Source of the DNA: Vicugna vicugna
Taxonomy: Eukaryota
Direction: 5' to 3'
Assembly: GCA_013265495.1 (NCBI GenBank)
Contig: MU058636.1
Span: 3,211,967 to 3,275,966 of the forward strand
Length of the DNA stretch: 64,000 nucleotides
Under the pieces are notes generated by a model that saw nothing but the letters and a program-made list of their open reading frames with translations, ran no database searches and was not told where the DNA came from. The translations under genes were made by a program, and so were the position numbers. Below are positions 35,626 through 50,604 of the stretch, piece after piece (the first letter of the stretch is position 1; every line of letters begins with the position of its first letter).

Positions 35626-38600
35626 CCCAGAAAAAGCTGGGCACGAACTTTCACTGCCTGTTGTCTCCAGGGATCGGTGTGAGCTCAGCTTCCCTCCAGG
35701 GCCCCACTGACACCTGGCAGTGGGGAGGTGGAGGGCTGACTCACGCTGCTTTGCTGCTGCGGGGTTGGGCTGAAGTTCAGCTCCTTGTGGGCCTTGCTAA
35801 CACCAGGGACGTGGAAGCGGTGGATCAGGAACCAGCGAGGCTCATTCTGCATCCCGCCTCACTCTGCCTCTTGATACCAGGTAAGTGTGAGGCTCAGCTA
35901 AGCCACTGGACTCCACTGACACTACCCTGGCAGAGAAATTGGAGCACTGCCTGCTTCCACTGAGCAGATGATGGAAGATCAACTCCCCACTTGGTGCACA
36001 GATAGCACCCAGTGCGGGGATTAGAGCACCACCTGCTTCCCCCACCCTCCCCAGTCAGAGATCAGAGCTCTGCTTAGCCCTGCTGAGCAGGGAAGGGGGG
36101 CTGCTGCAGCCTGCTTCCCCGGGCCAGGGGGCTGTGGGAGATCAGCTCCCCGTCTGGTCCTGCTGAAACGTGGAGGTGCGGGTGTGGTCTTTCCACTGGT
36201 GTTTGGATGCAGCAGGGATGTTTTTGGTCTGTGTGGGTCTGCTGGCATCTCCAGGTTGGAAGCTTATGTAGAGCCCTGCCAGGAATGCACAGGACGCAAT
36301 AAAGAAATCCCAGGACCCATCACTGTGATGATCCTCGAGTCCCGAGGACCCTGGGAAGTCTGCCTTCATCTCTGCCATTCTTCTCATGCCTCTTTGTTGT
36401 GTGATGTCCATGGCCCTTTGGTTGTAAGAGGGAGCAGCTGGGAGGAATGCAGCTACTTCCTATTGGCTAGAACTGAGGTCTGATGGTGTTTGGCATGTTT
36501 ATGAGCAATCAGCTATGCTCCAAGAGACTAGAGTTCCCCTTGGGGTTCCAGGGTATCTCCAAGTTCCCTCATGACCAGGTTGGGTGGAGAAGTAGCTGAG
36601 AAAAAGAGCCAGTGAGTTTGCCAAAAGGTTGCCGTGACATGGGAGGAAAGGTTTTTATTGCTTTAAGCACAGTGCCTTTCCCACAAATTAAAACTAAGTA
36701 ATGACCCAGGAACCCTGCACGCTGAGCCAGTTTCCAGACGCAAACTACAGACTTTATAGAGCACAGCTCACTCTCCTATGTGGCTGGATACATTTGGTTA
36801 TTATTAATTACTCAGTAGGCTACCCAAGGAGCTTAAAACACCACCACGAATACCGGGAGTGAGCCAACATTTCTAGAACCTAAATTCTAAAGTTTCTTCG
36901 CTGTGGCTTTTAAGACATTGTCTTCAAAGGCTCTTTATGAAGCGTGACACACACAAGGCACCGCGGTTCACCCGAGCACGCTGGAACAGCATGCGTGGTT
37001 AATTTAAACAGGCTTTACCAGGAAGGCGGTGTGAAGAAACCAAGTCAATGAGATGCCCAGTGAAAAGGAAGACTTTGATATGCTGCAAGAAATGGTGACT
37101 TTTGTCCCCTGTTGCTGACATCTCTTTCAACATGACATTTTTAAACATCTGTTTCTGAAGCAGAGCCAGAAAGCTCTAAGCAGCCATAATTCTTTAGTTG
37201 TGTCACATGGCAACTACAGGCTGAATGTTTTTAACCCTACCAGGAAATCTTTTTTTCTTTTAAAACTAGTTCAAAGCAGAGCATTTAATGGGCATTTATA
37301 CGCAGGGAGCGTTTGAGAGGCCATTTTATAAATGGTGTCGTGAGATGAGTCATGGTCAAGGAGTGATTCTGCTTCCGGCAGGGTTATGAATGGGGCTGCT
37401 TTATTAGCAAACCGGGGGGCACCGGGGGACCCAGGGATTCGGAGTCAGTCCCACAGAAAAGAAAGGCGAACTGCAAATGTGTTTGTCAGGTACCTCTCTT
37501 CTGGGCACCTCTTTGAAGCAAGAATAACTGTTCTGGCCCTTTGTTTGACTGAATGGCTCTCAGAACTGTGTTTCTAATCTCTGTGACAGAAGCTTACACG
37601 GCTTTGGCGGCCATGGATTGGACAGAGAGGGATGTGCTGGGTGGGCGGGGGTGTGTGTGTGTGCCTGCCTGCCTGCACAGTAGGGGGAGGTCAAGGTAGG
37701 TTTTTCTTCCCTGATGAAATATATGAGGTGCCATGTGGTGGAGCAACCTGAGAATACCAGGTGTGCCTGCATCAGAATCTCCTGTGCTGTTACCATGGAG
37801 ACCGGAGCCCCCTCAGCAATGGAGGGCCTCCACTCCGCCCACCGGAGGAGCCTGTCTAACAGGAGCAAGTGCTCTGACATACAAAAGAAGTAAACCTTGA
37901 AGGCAAGCCTTTAGCAATTTCCAATTTCTTTTTCCCTGGTTCTTCCTGAAGAGTTTTCTCCCTCTCTTACTCGTGGCTCTTGTATGAGTGAAGGCTTTGT
38001 CGAACTAATAATAATAATAGTGGCATTTATTAAGGTGGTACTTTGTGTTACACTTACTCTGTCTACCGTCTGGAGTAAGTGTTTCATCTACATTTTACAG
38101 ACGAGAAGACCAAGGCTTCAGGAAAATAGGGTATTTTCCCAAGGTCATAAATCTCATAAATAGCTCTCCAGGTTGGGACCCAGACCCATCAGACTTCTCC
38201 TGTGCACTTGACTCCCTGCCAAAGGGCGATGAATTCATTGCATCTGGAGTATGTCTTTTCAAAGGATCATCAAGCTTTTTAGTCCTATGAACTAAGAACT
38301 GAGAAGCAAAAGAAAAAGGATGTGAAGTTCCCAAAAGCTTTAGGATAACCAAGGGGTGACTTACGAACAGGATGCGCCACAACCACGCTGAGAATGAACG
38401 GCGAAGGTTCACTGAGCATCCGTATGTCTTTCTTTCATCAGATACATACTGAGACCTACATTAGCCAAGTATTGTTCTAAGTCCCGTGGAAGCAACGGTG
38501 AGCAAAACAAACAAACCAGACAAAACTCCCTGCCTGTGGAGGCTCCCTGGACTCCGCAGTTTGTGTCTGCATCAGGCACTTGGCCAGAGGCACTCAGAAG

Positions 38601-38939
38601 GGTTAAACCACGGTCCCTACCCTGGAGTTTACAATTAAGAAGCCAAGACAGACGCACAGATCACCTAACTGTAGTGCATCTTCATAAGTGCTGGACTCCA
38701 GAGAGGCCAAGTTCTGGGAGTGGTGGATTACTGGGTGGGCCTGGGGTTCCAAGGTTTTTCTCCCTAGCTTTAGGTGGCTAGAGCCCTCAAGAGATCCCAG
38801 ATCCTCTGACCTGCCTGGAGCTCCTCTGGGACCCTCATGACCAACTTCTGAGAAACTGGAACCCCTCAGGTGACACAGTCTCACACAGGCCTTTGTCAGG
38901 TAGCAACTGTCATACCGGAGCAGGTCTCCCTAACTTGTG

Positions 38940-39350
38940 CATCAAGCAATGAACAGGTACAGGATTTTACACCTGTTTATACCCCATTGCATTTCTTTAC
39001 ATTTCATTTTGCTCATTCCAGCTCTTCCTTTTATCTGCTGAGCTCTTTTTAAGCATCATTTCAATAATCTCAAATACAATCCGTTCCTCCCGGCTCTGGG
39101 TCATCTAGAGATTTGGTATCTTCATCTTCGCCTTCTATTAAAACACCTGGAGAACAGGGTCAAGTACAGGCCAACAGCAAGGCATTAAAGCCTTCTTTGC
39201 AGCCCAGCAGACAGCCACTAGGTTCCCTTCGATGTAGTCATTTGACCAAGAACCTGTGAAACTACCATTCAGGTGACATTTCTCTACCTTGTCCTTAAGG
39301 ACATCACTGAAGATGTTGCCAAAAGCCTTGGCAAAGTGCCTTTCTTATTC
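38940..39350 (-). mobile_element. L3/CR1 LINE RT fragment
   Basis: tttgctcattccagc...gggtcatctagagatttg...cttcatc...gaacagggtcaagtacag...caaaagccttggcaaagt, resembling decayed reverse-complemented CR1 RT. Confidence 0.55.
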
Positions 39351-41384
39351 CATCTCCAAAGTGCGTGCACGCCCACACACACACACACACATCTTGTGTC
39401 TCGCTAGAAGGCTGGGGAGATTGCAATTGCTTTGAAATTCAAAATGTGAGATGGGAATACCCAACTCTCTGGCTCTCATCTTGACAGTAAACTCAGGCCT
39501 GTTGTTTACACTTGGGTGCTGTTGAAATGGCGCCAAACTGTCAGTCAAACGCAAATGAAATGTTACCAAACAATTGTCCCACTTTGTCTTCCTAATTTTC
39601 GAGTAGACAAGCAGTATCGGAGCAACATGTAAACAGAGCTCATTGTTAGAAGAACTAGGAAACCCCAAGGGCCACAATGTCAGTGTGTGCAACAAAGCTG
39701 CATCAGATCGCTTTCCTAACACCTGCCACGTAGGGGAGAGGTACCCTGACTCGGATCATTTTGATGCAATGCGGAGCAGGCTGCGTGGGATGTTAAAACA
39801 TGAGCTTTGAGAAACCCAAGTGAGGGAGCTGGGCGCTTGATTCCCAGGGAGAAGATGTTTTTGGTGGTGAGAGGGAGTGAAAAACCAGGAGGCCTTTTCA
39901 AAATTTAGACTAATCTTGCCTCCAGTGTGCAGAGGACAAAGCAATTTTCAGTTAACTTCTTTGAGGCGGGTCCTTCCCTCCCCCACCTCCTCACGGCCAC
40001 AGGCTGAAGGTGGAAACTCTCATCTGGGGACAGGGCGCTCTTTCTACCCCAGAGCACAGCCCAGATGTGCCACTTAACCTCAGCCAGCTGGCCGCAATAC
40101 AAGAGGTTCCATTCTTCTGTGACCTGTTTTGCCTAAGACACTCACAAATGCAAACATTTATTTAAATTTTGCTGGTGGCAGATCTAAGAGATTGTAGAAT
40201 GCCAAGCATTCGTGCATCCATAGGTGCTTGTCTGGGAGCACCCTGCAGAGGAACCTGTGCAGACCACACTGTGCATTAAAGGCTTGCTGGGGCCCACGAG
40301 CTATCACCCCGTTCGTTTCCTCTAGCATCTTATTTGGAAGACCCTCGTGCAGTAACACCCGTGTCTCCCCCGAAAGCACCCCCTTCCCAAAGCGGCGGCT
40401 GCTCCTATTTTGCCTCTTTCTGCTGCCTCCCAATCACTGTTCCCCCCATGGGAGCTCTCCCAGTAACCTCCGTCTATTTTAGCACTTTTTCATTGGTCAT
40501 TGACCTCAGAACTTGAAATCTCTGAAGAGCAGAAGAGGGGCGCTGGGAAAGTCAGTGGTGAAGTGCAGGTTACCCGCCCTTCCCACAGGCAGCGTTGGGC
40601 TTGCCGTTTGTTATCGGTTGAGCCCCACGAGAACGTGAAAAGCCCACGGGCTGCCCACTGGCCAGCTCTCCCCCCGCCTCACGTGGCCGGTATCGAGTGT
40701 CACCCACCTACTGTTCCTCCACAAAGGCTGCAGGGAAGCATGCTGCACACTCCACACGGGTTTTATTTCAAATCAGATCAGCCCAGGGTGCAGACTGTTT
40801 CTAAAATAGAGATGCAATTGGCCTTGGAAGGAACTGTGAATTAACTCTTGTCCCAAACAACTCCTGGTGCTCTGTTGATGCTACGTAACAAATTGAAATT
40901 AGTCGCCTCTCACATGAGTGTGGCTGGGAAGAACAATGGATAGAAATGAGCCAGTTTTCATTCCAAGACTAACCACTCAGGTTCTGCATTATTTCTGTCT
41001 CCAGGAGGGGGATGGTGTCAGGAACCATAACGGTGTTTCCTTTTACAATTAGCAAGGCAGTTTTCCCCTGACATTCTCACAAGCTGACGCTGCGAAGAGG
41101 CTGCCGTGGTAAGGCCTTGCCGTGTGACCCGGGCCAAGCGCCTCGCTAGGCCTCAGTTCCTCTGCTGAAAAAGTAAGAACATGAGATAAGATCTCTAGAT
41201 GTCCCTCCAGCCCTAACGCTGTCTGGTTTTCCAATTCTAAAGCTTCCAAATAAGAGACAATGAACATTAAGAACAGAAAGCCAAACTGAGGAGCCGGGTC
41301 AGCCAGAGGGATGCACGGCAGTGTCGTGGGTGTAGAGTCATGGGGCAGGGGTGGGGGGGGCCGCCTGTGCGGGGCGCACCTGGT

Positions 41385-41740
41385 TCCTGGTTATCCAACC
41401 TGACCCCACCCCGGGGGAGGAGTGCACATCTCTACCCACTGCCACGTGACGCCTCTTGGAGAGACTGTTTCCCAGTTCGGCTGACAATAGGGCTGGCCAT
41501 CCGACTTGTTCTGGCCAGTGGATCGTAACAGAAGTGATGTACATGGTGTCTGGAGAGGAGTTCCCAGGGCCTCTGAGTGCTTTCGGGCCCTCCTGCTCTT
41601 TTCCCTCTGCCTGAGAACAGGGGCCATGGAAGGTATCATGGGTCCCAGGAAGAGACAATGGATGGAGCAGAGCCACAGCCAGAACAGATCTGGAGAGGAC
41701 ACGAGAACAAGAAACACACCTCGGCCATCGCAGGCCGCTG
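41385..41740 (+). mobile_element. Old MLT1-like LTR fragment
   Basis: ttcccagttc...ggccatccgacttgttctggccagtggatcgtaacagaagtgatgt, an old MLT1 core motif. Confidence 0.5.
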
Positions 41741-44700
41741 AAATCCGGGGGTTATTTCATCGCTTCAGTCTTACCTGCAGAAAGCTGGCTGATCCACCAC
41801 CTCCACTGGGCACGTGTGACAAGCACTCAGAGAAGGACAAGGATGCCTTGGCTAACTGGTGCTCTAAGAACGAGCGCTCTGGGCAACAGCAGCAGCCTTG
41901 TAACTCAGTGCACAGACACCAGGCATACACCGCCATCCTAACACACAGCACCAGCTGCCTCTCCCAGGAATCTGGGGCTGGCATGACACCGTCGTCGCAG
42001 TGAGGCCCTCAGTTCACTATGGATCTGATTGGAGTTCAATGTGGTAAAGAGAGACGTGGATTTATCATCCAGAGGCCACTCCTTGATCACTGAATTCCCA
42101 CGTGTCTGCAGGAACCCTTGATCCTATCCCTGAACTCAAGTCATGTGACCTCTGAAATCTGACAGCAGTGCTCAGCTCAGAGGACATCCCTACGGGCCAG
42201 CCTGTGTTGCTACTTCTTTGTGGTTGTTCATCTAAATGAAAACGTAAGTTTTTAAAAATTTCTTATAGAACAAGTAGATTGTCTAGCTCAGTAGGAGAAA
42301 TACTGGATTCAGTGATCTGGAAGGTCCCTTTCAGCTCTGAAATAGATCACTCTTAAAGCATTACCTAATTTTCTCACTGTTTCACAGGTGGATGGCATAT
42401 CTATTAGGGGTCCACATCAACTTGATGCAGCAAATTAAGGCAGAAAAACAGATGACTTTTCCAAGTGAACTGACAGCATAATTGAGGTGAGATGCACATG
42501 GTTACAAGGCAAACCCGCCCTACTTATCAGTCTTTGTTCAGAGAGTAATGTGTATGTTACTTTAAGGGAAAAAAAGAGAGAGGGAACCAATTAGATTTAC
42601 AATCTGTGAACATAGTCAAAATAAAGAGCTCAAATCTATTTTTCCATTCTTATACAGCCTGAGGGCAATAGCCAAAAGAAATTACCATTAAGTGTGAGTA
42701 ATGCAAAACAGTGTGAATTTCAATCTGATATGTGTGAATTCAATATACAACTGCAAATTAAGAAGTGCCTTTTGATTTATACAATAGGCTTGGCTCATAT
42801 GTGGAAAAAATTCTATCCCATAGACAATTCCAAGATGGGCTAACATAGCAGGACCTGGAAAGATGGTGGGGAATTTCATAGCACAGAGAAGACACAGTGA
42901 CTGGAGAGGTGCATCGCCATCCACGGCAGTAAAAACCAGCTGCCTCGAGGACGCTGTTGCTCGTGGGCACAGCTGCATGGAGGCCAGGGCCGGGGCCGGC
43001 AGCAGCCTTCCCGAGAAGACAGGCAAAGCAGTTTATCAACAACTCCACCAACGCTGATCACAATGAGGGACCTTTACGCCACATAACAATGAAAGGAAAT
43101 GGCTTCTGTGTTTATTTAGACCAGGTCCACAGACTAGGCTTCCAACTTCGCTCTAGGCTTTGTGCTTAGGAGCCGATTTCAAATCTGAGCTTCACCATCT
43201 TCACATAGTGAATGTTTCTTCATGTCAGTGTTCCTCAGAAGGGCTTTGTTTACAGGGTCACAGTGAAGAAAGCAGCCTTCTTGTGTGGTTCTCACTGCCC
43301 ACTGGGGACGGAGCCTCTACAGCGTGGGAAGTCCTTTGGAGGAGACAGCGATGACAGATGCCCCCTGCCCTCCCACAGCTCACCACTGAGTGTGGAAAAG
43401 AACTTGCTCTGATAAAACGCAACTAACTCAAACACAAGTCAACAGGAAGGCGATGACTGTCACCACTACTGGACTAGTACTCCCTCTCTGGTCACATGGT
43501 AAACTCCTCTTCGTGCTTCAGAGCAGGGCCTCCTCTGTGAAGCCCTCCCCTCCACACCACTTCTCAGTCACGTGCTCCCGGTGCCCGATGATGCGTCCAG
43601 TATCTCGTGTTAGTTTATTTCAGGGATTTTTGTACCGGCACGAGTTCCTTAAGCCAGGGGCTGTGCCTCAAGTCTGCTGGGCATTCAGTAAGTTAAACTG
43701 ACTTTATAAAGGTCTAAATAATAGACCTACACAAATCAATAAATACCTGTATGAGATTCAAACTAGAAAATATGGAAAAATAAGTCCTGGCTGGATCCTT
43801 CCAGACCTCGCATGGATTACACAGCAAACTCCCCGAAGCAGAAAATCTTGGGAAACTCCCCTTTGTGGAAACTGAGACCCTCTGACATCATGTAATGCTT
43901 TTTCGTTTGGTGAAAAGCAAATGGGGCTAACGAACTGCAACTCTCGCCTGTGATCCTCAAGCAGGGCGCACGAAGACCTCTGTGTGTGATCCTGTCCAGG
44001 ACATGTGTATGTATGTGCAGTAAGGGAAGACACCACGTAGCCTGTAAATGCCATATTTAAAGTGTCTCTTTTTGAGAAATTCGGCTTGCTGTTTTGTTTC
44101 TGTTGTCAAGAGGGAGAAATTTGACCCTTAGTGTGCTAAATGAGGCAAGTGTTCTGGTTGGGCGCCACCAGCAACACCCCCTTTTGGTTCAGGAAAGGTG
44201 CTCAGAGCAGAGGGAACAGTGCCTCTCTTCTTCCTGCCACCCCCCCCACCGCCTTGGCTGGAAACACAGCCAAAGAGCCTCACAAGCACTTGGCAGACAC
44301 TTCTGTGTACACGTGTCTGCCGTGACCACTAGGTAAGCTGTGACAATTCTGGGGTCCAGAACCTCTGGGTGACTGAAGAATCTCCCCTTTGGCGAAAGGC
44401 TGAGAGCAGTGTGGGTCTTGCCTAGATACAGCTCAGACTGTTTGTCAGGGAATTAAAGGGTAATGGAACACTTTGGTCTGTTTCTGGTGTCCGAAGATTT
44501 CTGCTACATCACAATAAAAGTACTGAAGCGAAGTCTAGCTCACAGAAGAGGGTGGTCCCTAATTGTGGCAGATCCAAAGCAGCCACTCCCCTCTCCAGTC
44601 AGAACGGCTCACGGCAAATCGGCCTGACCCCATTCATGACCGGCAAGGGCCAGGAGTGTTACTCACCGTTGCATCTACTTATTCCAGAGGGGCTGACAAA

Positions 44701-44984
44701 GAGCCAGCCTGGGCATCCAGAGCTGCTTTAGTTGCAGGAAAAACAAACAAACAAAAACTCATGCGAAATACAAACAGGTAACCAGGGATGTGCTGTAAAC
44801 TGGCTCCACAGGGGGGCCGTGTGGAGGCGGAAACCCCACTCTTGTGTTTGCCGTTTCCACGGCACAAATACTCTCAGCGGAGCCAGTTTTAAGCTATCAA
44901 CAGGTTGAAGAATTTGCAACATTTTTCAATATTCAACGTCTGGCTCTGAAAAAGCCTGCTCCTAGCCTGCTCTAGCCCTCCATG

Positions 44985-45225
44985 GCAGCTAACGTTTACT
45001 GAGGGTTTTTATTACAGGACCAGAAGCTGGTAAGCACTTTGTAATTCAAGAACCTCATTCCATCTTCCCAGCAGTCCTATACGAAAGGTCTGTCATTACC
45101 ATCTCCATGTAAGGCGAGGTGACAGAGGCACAGGGAGGATGAGGAACTTGCCCCAAACCGCCCAGCTGGGCAGTGGCAGGGCTGGGGTCGAACCCAGGTT
45201 CTGACTTGAGCGCTGACGTTCTCAC
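44985..45225 (-). mobile_element. MIR SINE
   Basis: gctaacgtttactgag...acagaggcacagggaggatgaggaacttgccc...gtggcagggctggggtcgaacccagg. Confidence 0.7.
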
Positions 45226-48200
45226 AGTTCACAGTAACACATCTCCGGCCAAAGGGCAGGGACGGGGCTGTGACTGGAGTACGCCCGGCCCAAATAAGAC
45301 CAAACATTTATGTTTCATGCTAAACTTCCTCACCCCATCACAGGACGCACGGAGATCCCTTCCCTTTGAAAATTCAGCCTCCTCCTTCCTTGACTCCTCC
45401 TCCCGGTCGTCGCCTCTCATCCCTTAACACTTCCCTGTGAGTAACGAGGGCCTCTGTCCTGCTCTTGGGCCTCCTACAGCCCCACTGATGCTAGCTGAAC
45501 AGCTCTACTCCGCCATGAGGAGAGGCGAGCGGGCAGCATCCTGCCTCGGGCCTGCGGCCACCCGGACGCCCCCACCAGGACCAGAACCCACGCCGGCGCC
45601 TCCCCAGGGCAAGTCTGCCATGCATGTCGGAGGAACTGCGGTGGCCGCTGGCGCAGGGAACACTGATGAATAAAAAGGAAGAAATGGACTGCGACGTGAT
45701 CATATCTACAGGTCCGGAATTATTTCAAGTCTGAGGAGAAACGAAAACTCAGGATAGGAATTAAACTTGTCCTGAGTCATTTAAGGACTGTCATGTGCAG
45801 ACCGAGCAGAATCAGGGAAGCCATCAGAGGGACGGACTGAGAACTGGGATTTACCAGCCCAGGAGAGGCAGGCAGGCAGGCAGGCAGGCAGAGGGAAGAC
45901 GCCCAGGCCCTGACCTCGAGACCTTATATTCATTGTTCTGTCATTTTGTTGCAGAAGCAGGGAGTCTCTTATTAAAAACTCTAATACGTGCAATTTAAAC
46001 TTGAAACAATTTTCCCTGTTTATTTTAAAATCTTTCAAATGAAGAGGTTCAGTGGGTTTTGAAACTATTCATACAGAATGCAACCTCCCAATTAATTTGC
46101 AAGAGCCGACTGACATCAAGGAAGATGCAAATTTAACAGCCAAAGTTAAATGAAAGCTGCTGCATAATTGGGGGCCATGATTAAAACCAGAAGCTCAGGA
46201 CTTGTAACTGTGGCCAACGATTTCTCTCTCCCACTTGGATCTACACACCTTTGTGAAGTAAACTTTTTCATCTACAAAAGTCATTAAAACTAAGCACTAA
46301 AATTAAGTAAATCACTGTACCTAGTTAGCCTAGCCCAAGGTTTAAAAAAATAATGAAGCATAGCTAATCTCATGGCTCTCAATACAAATACTATTTGTAA
46401 TTTTTGGAGAGCATTTTATGCCAATAAAATTATTTCTCATGTTTTCATATTTCATAACTGTGAATATTTTTATACATTACATACAAATACTAAATTACAA
46501 ATACTCTGTGAATTATCAATATAGTGAATGTGTTGTAATACAGGGTAAAACATAGTATCAAATTCACAAACATCTTCCTGATGGAGAGGCATCATTGCAG
46601 AAGTTTCCAGGGCCCTCTCCCGGGCTGCGGGACGACGGCCAGCACGTCTGGCCCTACGAGGCAAACGCGACGGGGTCAAGCAAAAGCCACGACTCACTTC
46701 CAGGCCAAGGGCTTTGGGGAGACAGAAGTGAGGGAAAGCACCGCCTGGATTTCTAGAAATAATGCTTTTTAAAAACGACCTTCATAATTTTACAAGCATA
46801 TTTCCTTTGTGAAGTAAAATGATTATCATATGGAAAAGCATAAAGCAAAAGGTAAGTCTTTCATGAAAGAGGTTTTCCATTTTGGTTTGAATAAAGAAAA
46901 TATAGGTGTTAATTTTTAAAAGGAATTTATCTATTATAAAAGTTTCTTCTAAAATATTAAAAGAATTCGAGTACAAACTAACAAGATGTATATGAAACTG
47001 GTATACTCTGAAAAGTACAGAAGAGATGCTTTCATTGTTTAATGATCCCACGCTAAAAGATTCAGGGGGAAAAATGAGAGTTTTCATTAAGAATACGAAC
47101 TAAAGAGGCTGCTTCTTGTGAGTAGCAAGTATGTATTTCACACGGTTCCCTAATGAGAACCCAGGAAGGCGGTGCCCTCCTTCCGACGCGACTGCTTCGG
47201 GATGCGGTGTCTACCTGCCTCGAGCAAACTCCATTCTTATGTTGCCATGTTCCTGCACATCTCTTCCAGAGCCGCTGTGCTGGGTGACATTCTGTCCCAT
47301 TAGTTGTCAGCACATTCTGTTACCTTCATGGCAATGACCTTCCTTTTCCTAAGAAGATTTCATACAACCAACCTGTTCAATTAAAACTGCACAAAGAGCT
47401 GGTCTCCGAGACCCACTGCTGGGCAACAGCAACCGGCTGGACTAAACCTCAGGTGAAAAACATTTCTGGAGAGAGACGAGGACAGTTATAGTCACTTCAC
47501 AGTAAGTTGTTAACTTAATCCAGAACACAGTATTGCCGTTAGCATGTATACGCAGAGGTCAAAACAAAAAAGATGACCTATAAGGATTTAAGCATCTTTA
47601 TGAGTGTGTCCATGTATATTTGAACATGTACAAATATGTATACATTTTCAGCCTCGCTGACAGGTCACCAATAGTTCATTCAGTTTTCTGGGTCTGACCA
47701 GCCCCCACCTGCCCCCCGTGCTACGGCTCCAGGCGGCAGGGCCGTCAGCGCGCTCGCTTATCGAGACAGCTCTGTTGTGAACAAGCTCTTCACAGTCAAA
47801 GGAAGGGAGTTCCTACGGGAGAGGCAGCGTAGCTCGTTACACTAAATTCAGACCTAGCTTACACGTGAAATCTGGGCTCTGCATTGTAAACCAAACTAAA
47901 ACACTTCAGCCACATTTATCTTTGAGGAAAAAAGTTTGATTGTGGAAAAGGCTTTTAAAGGCAGACAGAATTCATGAGAAGGGTTTCCTAAGGCTTCTTG
48001 AAAACCAAATTGTTCTTTAAAAAACTTTGGTGAGTTAAGCATAAATGAATCAAGAAACTTATGGATTAAATTCCCCTTAAAATACACAGGGTTTAAAAAT
48101 TAGAGAAAATATGCTTGGTGAAGTATGTTCGAGAAACGTAATAAAATATATTCAAAAATGTTTGAAAAATAGCTGCAGGTATTTTACAAATTCCAAATGA

Positions 48201-50604
48201 AGCTTGATTCATCCATCTCTAATTACAACAATAATGACTGACACTAGAGTGTAGGATTTGTTACGGAATCCAGTAGTCATACCACGATTAGTTATTTGTT
48301 GACACAAGTTATTTAAGATGTGCTCATTGAAAGTGTCATGAGCATTCTGAGCTAAACTCAGCTCTGGGGTCGTGCTTCCAATACGGACACTGAAGCCACG
48401 GGCAAGCACACGGGGCCGCCCTCTTGGTAACTGATGGGGCCACACGTGCAGCTGAGAACCGTGGAGCTGTCACCTCATGGGCAGAACACTGTTGGGAATC
48501 TTATTAGTAAAAGGAACTGACTGAGTTCTATGTCACTTAAGTTGGTGGTCTAAATATAATTCATGGAAACTCTCAGAATGATTGGCTCATTTCACACAGC
48601 CTGCCCTGAAAAACAAGTAGGTGTATATTTACACTCAGACACAGCAAAGGGCAACAGACTCCCCAAACTCATGTCACAAGACACAAGAGCCACTATTGCT
48701 TTCCTATCATCATAAACATAAATACTATAAAAGAATGTATCACTTTAGTCTGCCTGAAAGTCTCCGGGCAAAAAAAGAAAAAAAGGATTATTACAGGAAA
48801 GGAGAGGTAAAACCACGATTAATCACCTCAGAAAACTGGGTGAATGTTGACATATTTATTTCAAGAATTCAGTACTTTTGCATTTAACACCGTTGAAAGT
48901 AACCTCGGAACATGGCAAAGGACTAGGCTCTGGGACTAAACTGACTTAGGTTCCATCGCTTTGCTTCTCAGGAGCCAAACGACTAGAGCGCATCACTCTG
49001 TAGGCCTCAGTTTCTTCTTCTGTGAAGAGAGTAATAGTAAATGTATCTTGGAACTAATGAGTGGATCTAACAGAGCAACAGAAGTAAAGCATCTAGCAAA
49101 CAGCAAACACGGTGAGTGTCAGCTCCAGTCCTACGACGCCAGTTCGCCTGCTGTTTCTCATTCCTACTGACCAGCCTGGGTGACTCGTCTGTACTGGCAT
49201 CGTGCTTCAGAGGCCGAGAGGCCCTCGGCAAACTTTCTGCTGTCTCACTGGCTTTCCTTACACCTTCTGTGCAGCATTCTTCAAGATGAGAAACGGATGC
49301 AAGTCCTGTTTCCCAGTTCAGAGTGGGATCCTGAACACCTATCCTAAACCCTGCCTGGGTTCAGTTCCTTCACCTGTAGGACGAGGGGACCAAGTCACTT
49401 GTTCCCAGTTTCACGTCTCACTGACTCAGGCGGCTGCTGAGTCTCTGAAGACTTACAGGAAAGGTCCTGAGAAGATCTTAGAAAAATGAAAATTAGGGAA
49501 GACTTGGCCATAAGACTTTTACGACCCCACAGAGGACAGGAAGGAGGCACTGAACACACAGGCTCTCTCCGTTGACTCCTTTTCCCACCTGTGCTGGCGG
49601 GTGGGGGCGGAGCGACAGCTGTACGAGCGGGAGGAAGCCCAGGTGAACGCGAGTCGGCCGGGCCAGGTGCAGCTGGCGGTGGCATCCAGCAGGCAGGCAG
49701 GAAGGCACGTCGGCATCAGCCCCCAAATCTGAGCCTGAGCTGATGGAATCAGCCAGGTGAGACTGGTGCCCACCCTGCCTTTCTGCTCAACCCCCTGCAA
49801 GGCAGCAGCTGACCCCTGCTGGCCAATGCTTCCTTGCAGTTTCCAACTGAAGCCCTCGCTGTGGGCAAATGCCCCGGGACCCAGGTTCACCCAGCACCCA
49901 AGTACGCCCAGCCACAGGAGCCAGTCGGCACAGGCAGCACACGGCATAGAGAGCAGAAAGGACTGAAGGGAAGGCTCCAGCCGCACATGCGTTCTGTTTT
50001 TGTCCCTGATTAATTCTGTCCCTCATTCTTTTCCTTTATTCCCTTTAAGAGATCAAATCCTCACTGGTCACAGCAAGAAATGAAGGTGGAGCCATGGGAT
50101 GCCATTGTTGCCAGGTGCCTTCCAGCTACAAATATGATACAACTGCACGACAAGTAATTATGCAGAGACATCTACTTCACACTTGGTCTACCTGGAACTC
50201 TCTGGGAACCAGATGAAGCTAGGAAGGCCACAGATAGCCAAGAGAAATGACACAGACGCCACCGCCCCCAGAACTGATCCCCCATCACTCCTTCCCCCAG
50301 AGGCTGAACTCCTAGTTTCCCCACGATTCTAACAAGCCCGGACTGTTTCCTCGTCACTAGGTTAGACTGGAGGTTAGAAACTGGAAGAGAAATAGAGGTT
50401 GACAGCCTGGTAACAGAAGAGTAAAAATGCTATAAAGGCAAACACCGAAATTCACAGACCACTTAGTGACAGCCCTGCGCCCCTGCACTGCTGCTGAGGG
50501 CAGCACATCACAAGGAGAACTCAGTCACAAAGAAAAGGTTGCGTTCAGATTCTGTTTTACAAAATCAGAGAACAAGTGTGGTATCTTTTAGCGAAGTTTC
50601 AATA

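Noticed and set aside
35118..35654. 178-aa K/E/R-rich ORF and antisense F/S/L-rich ORFs
   Set aside because: Microsatellite read-through joined to an L1 ORF1 remnant; not a gene.
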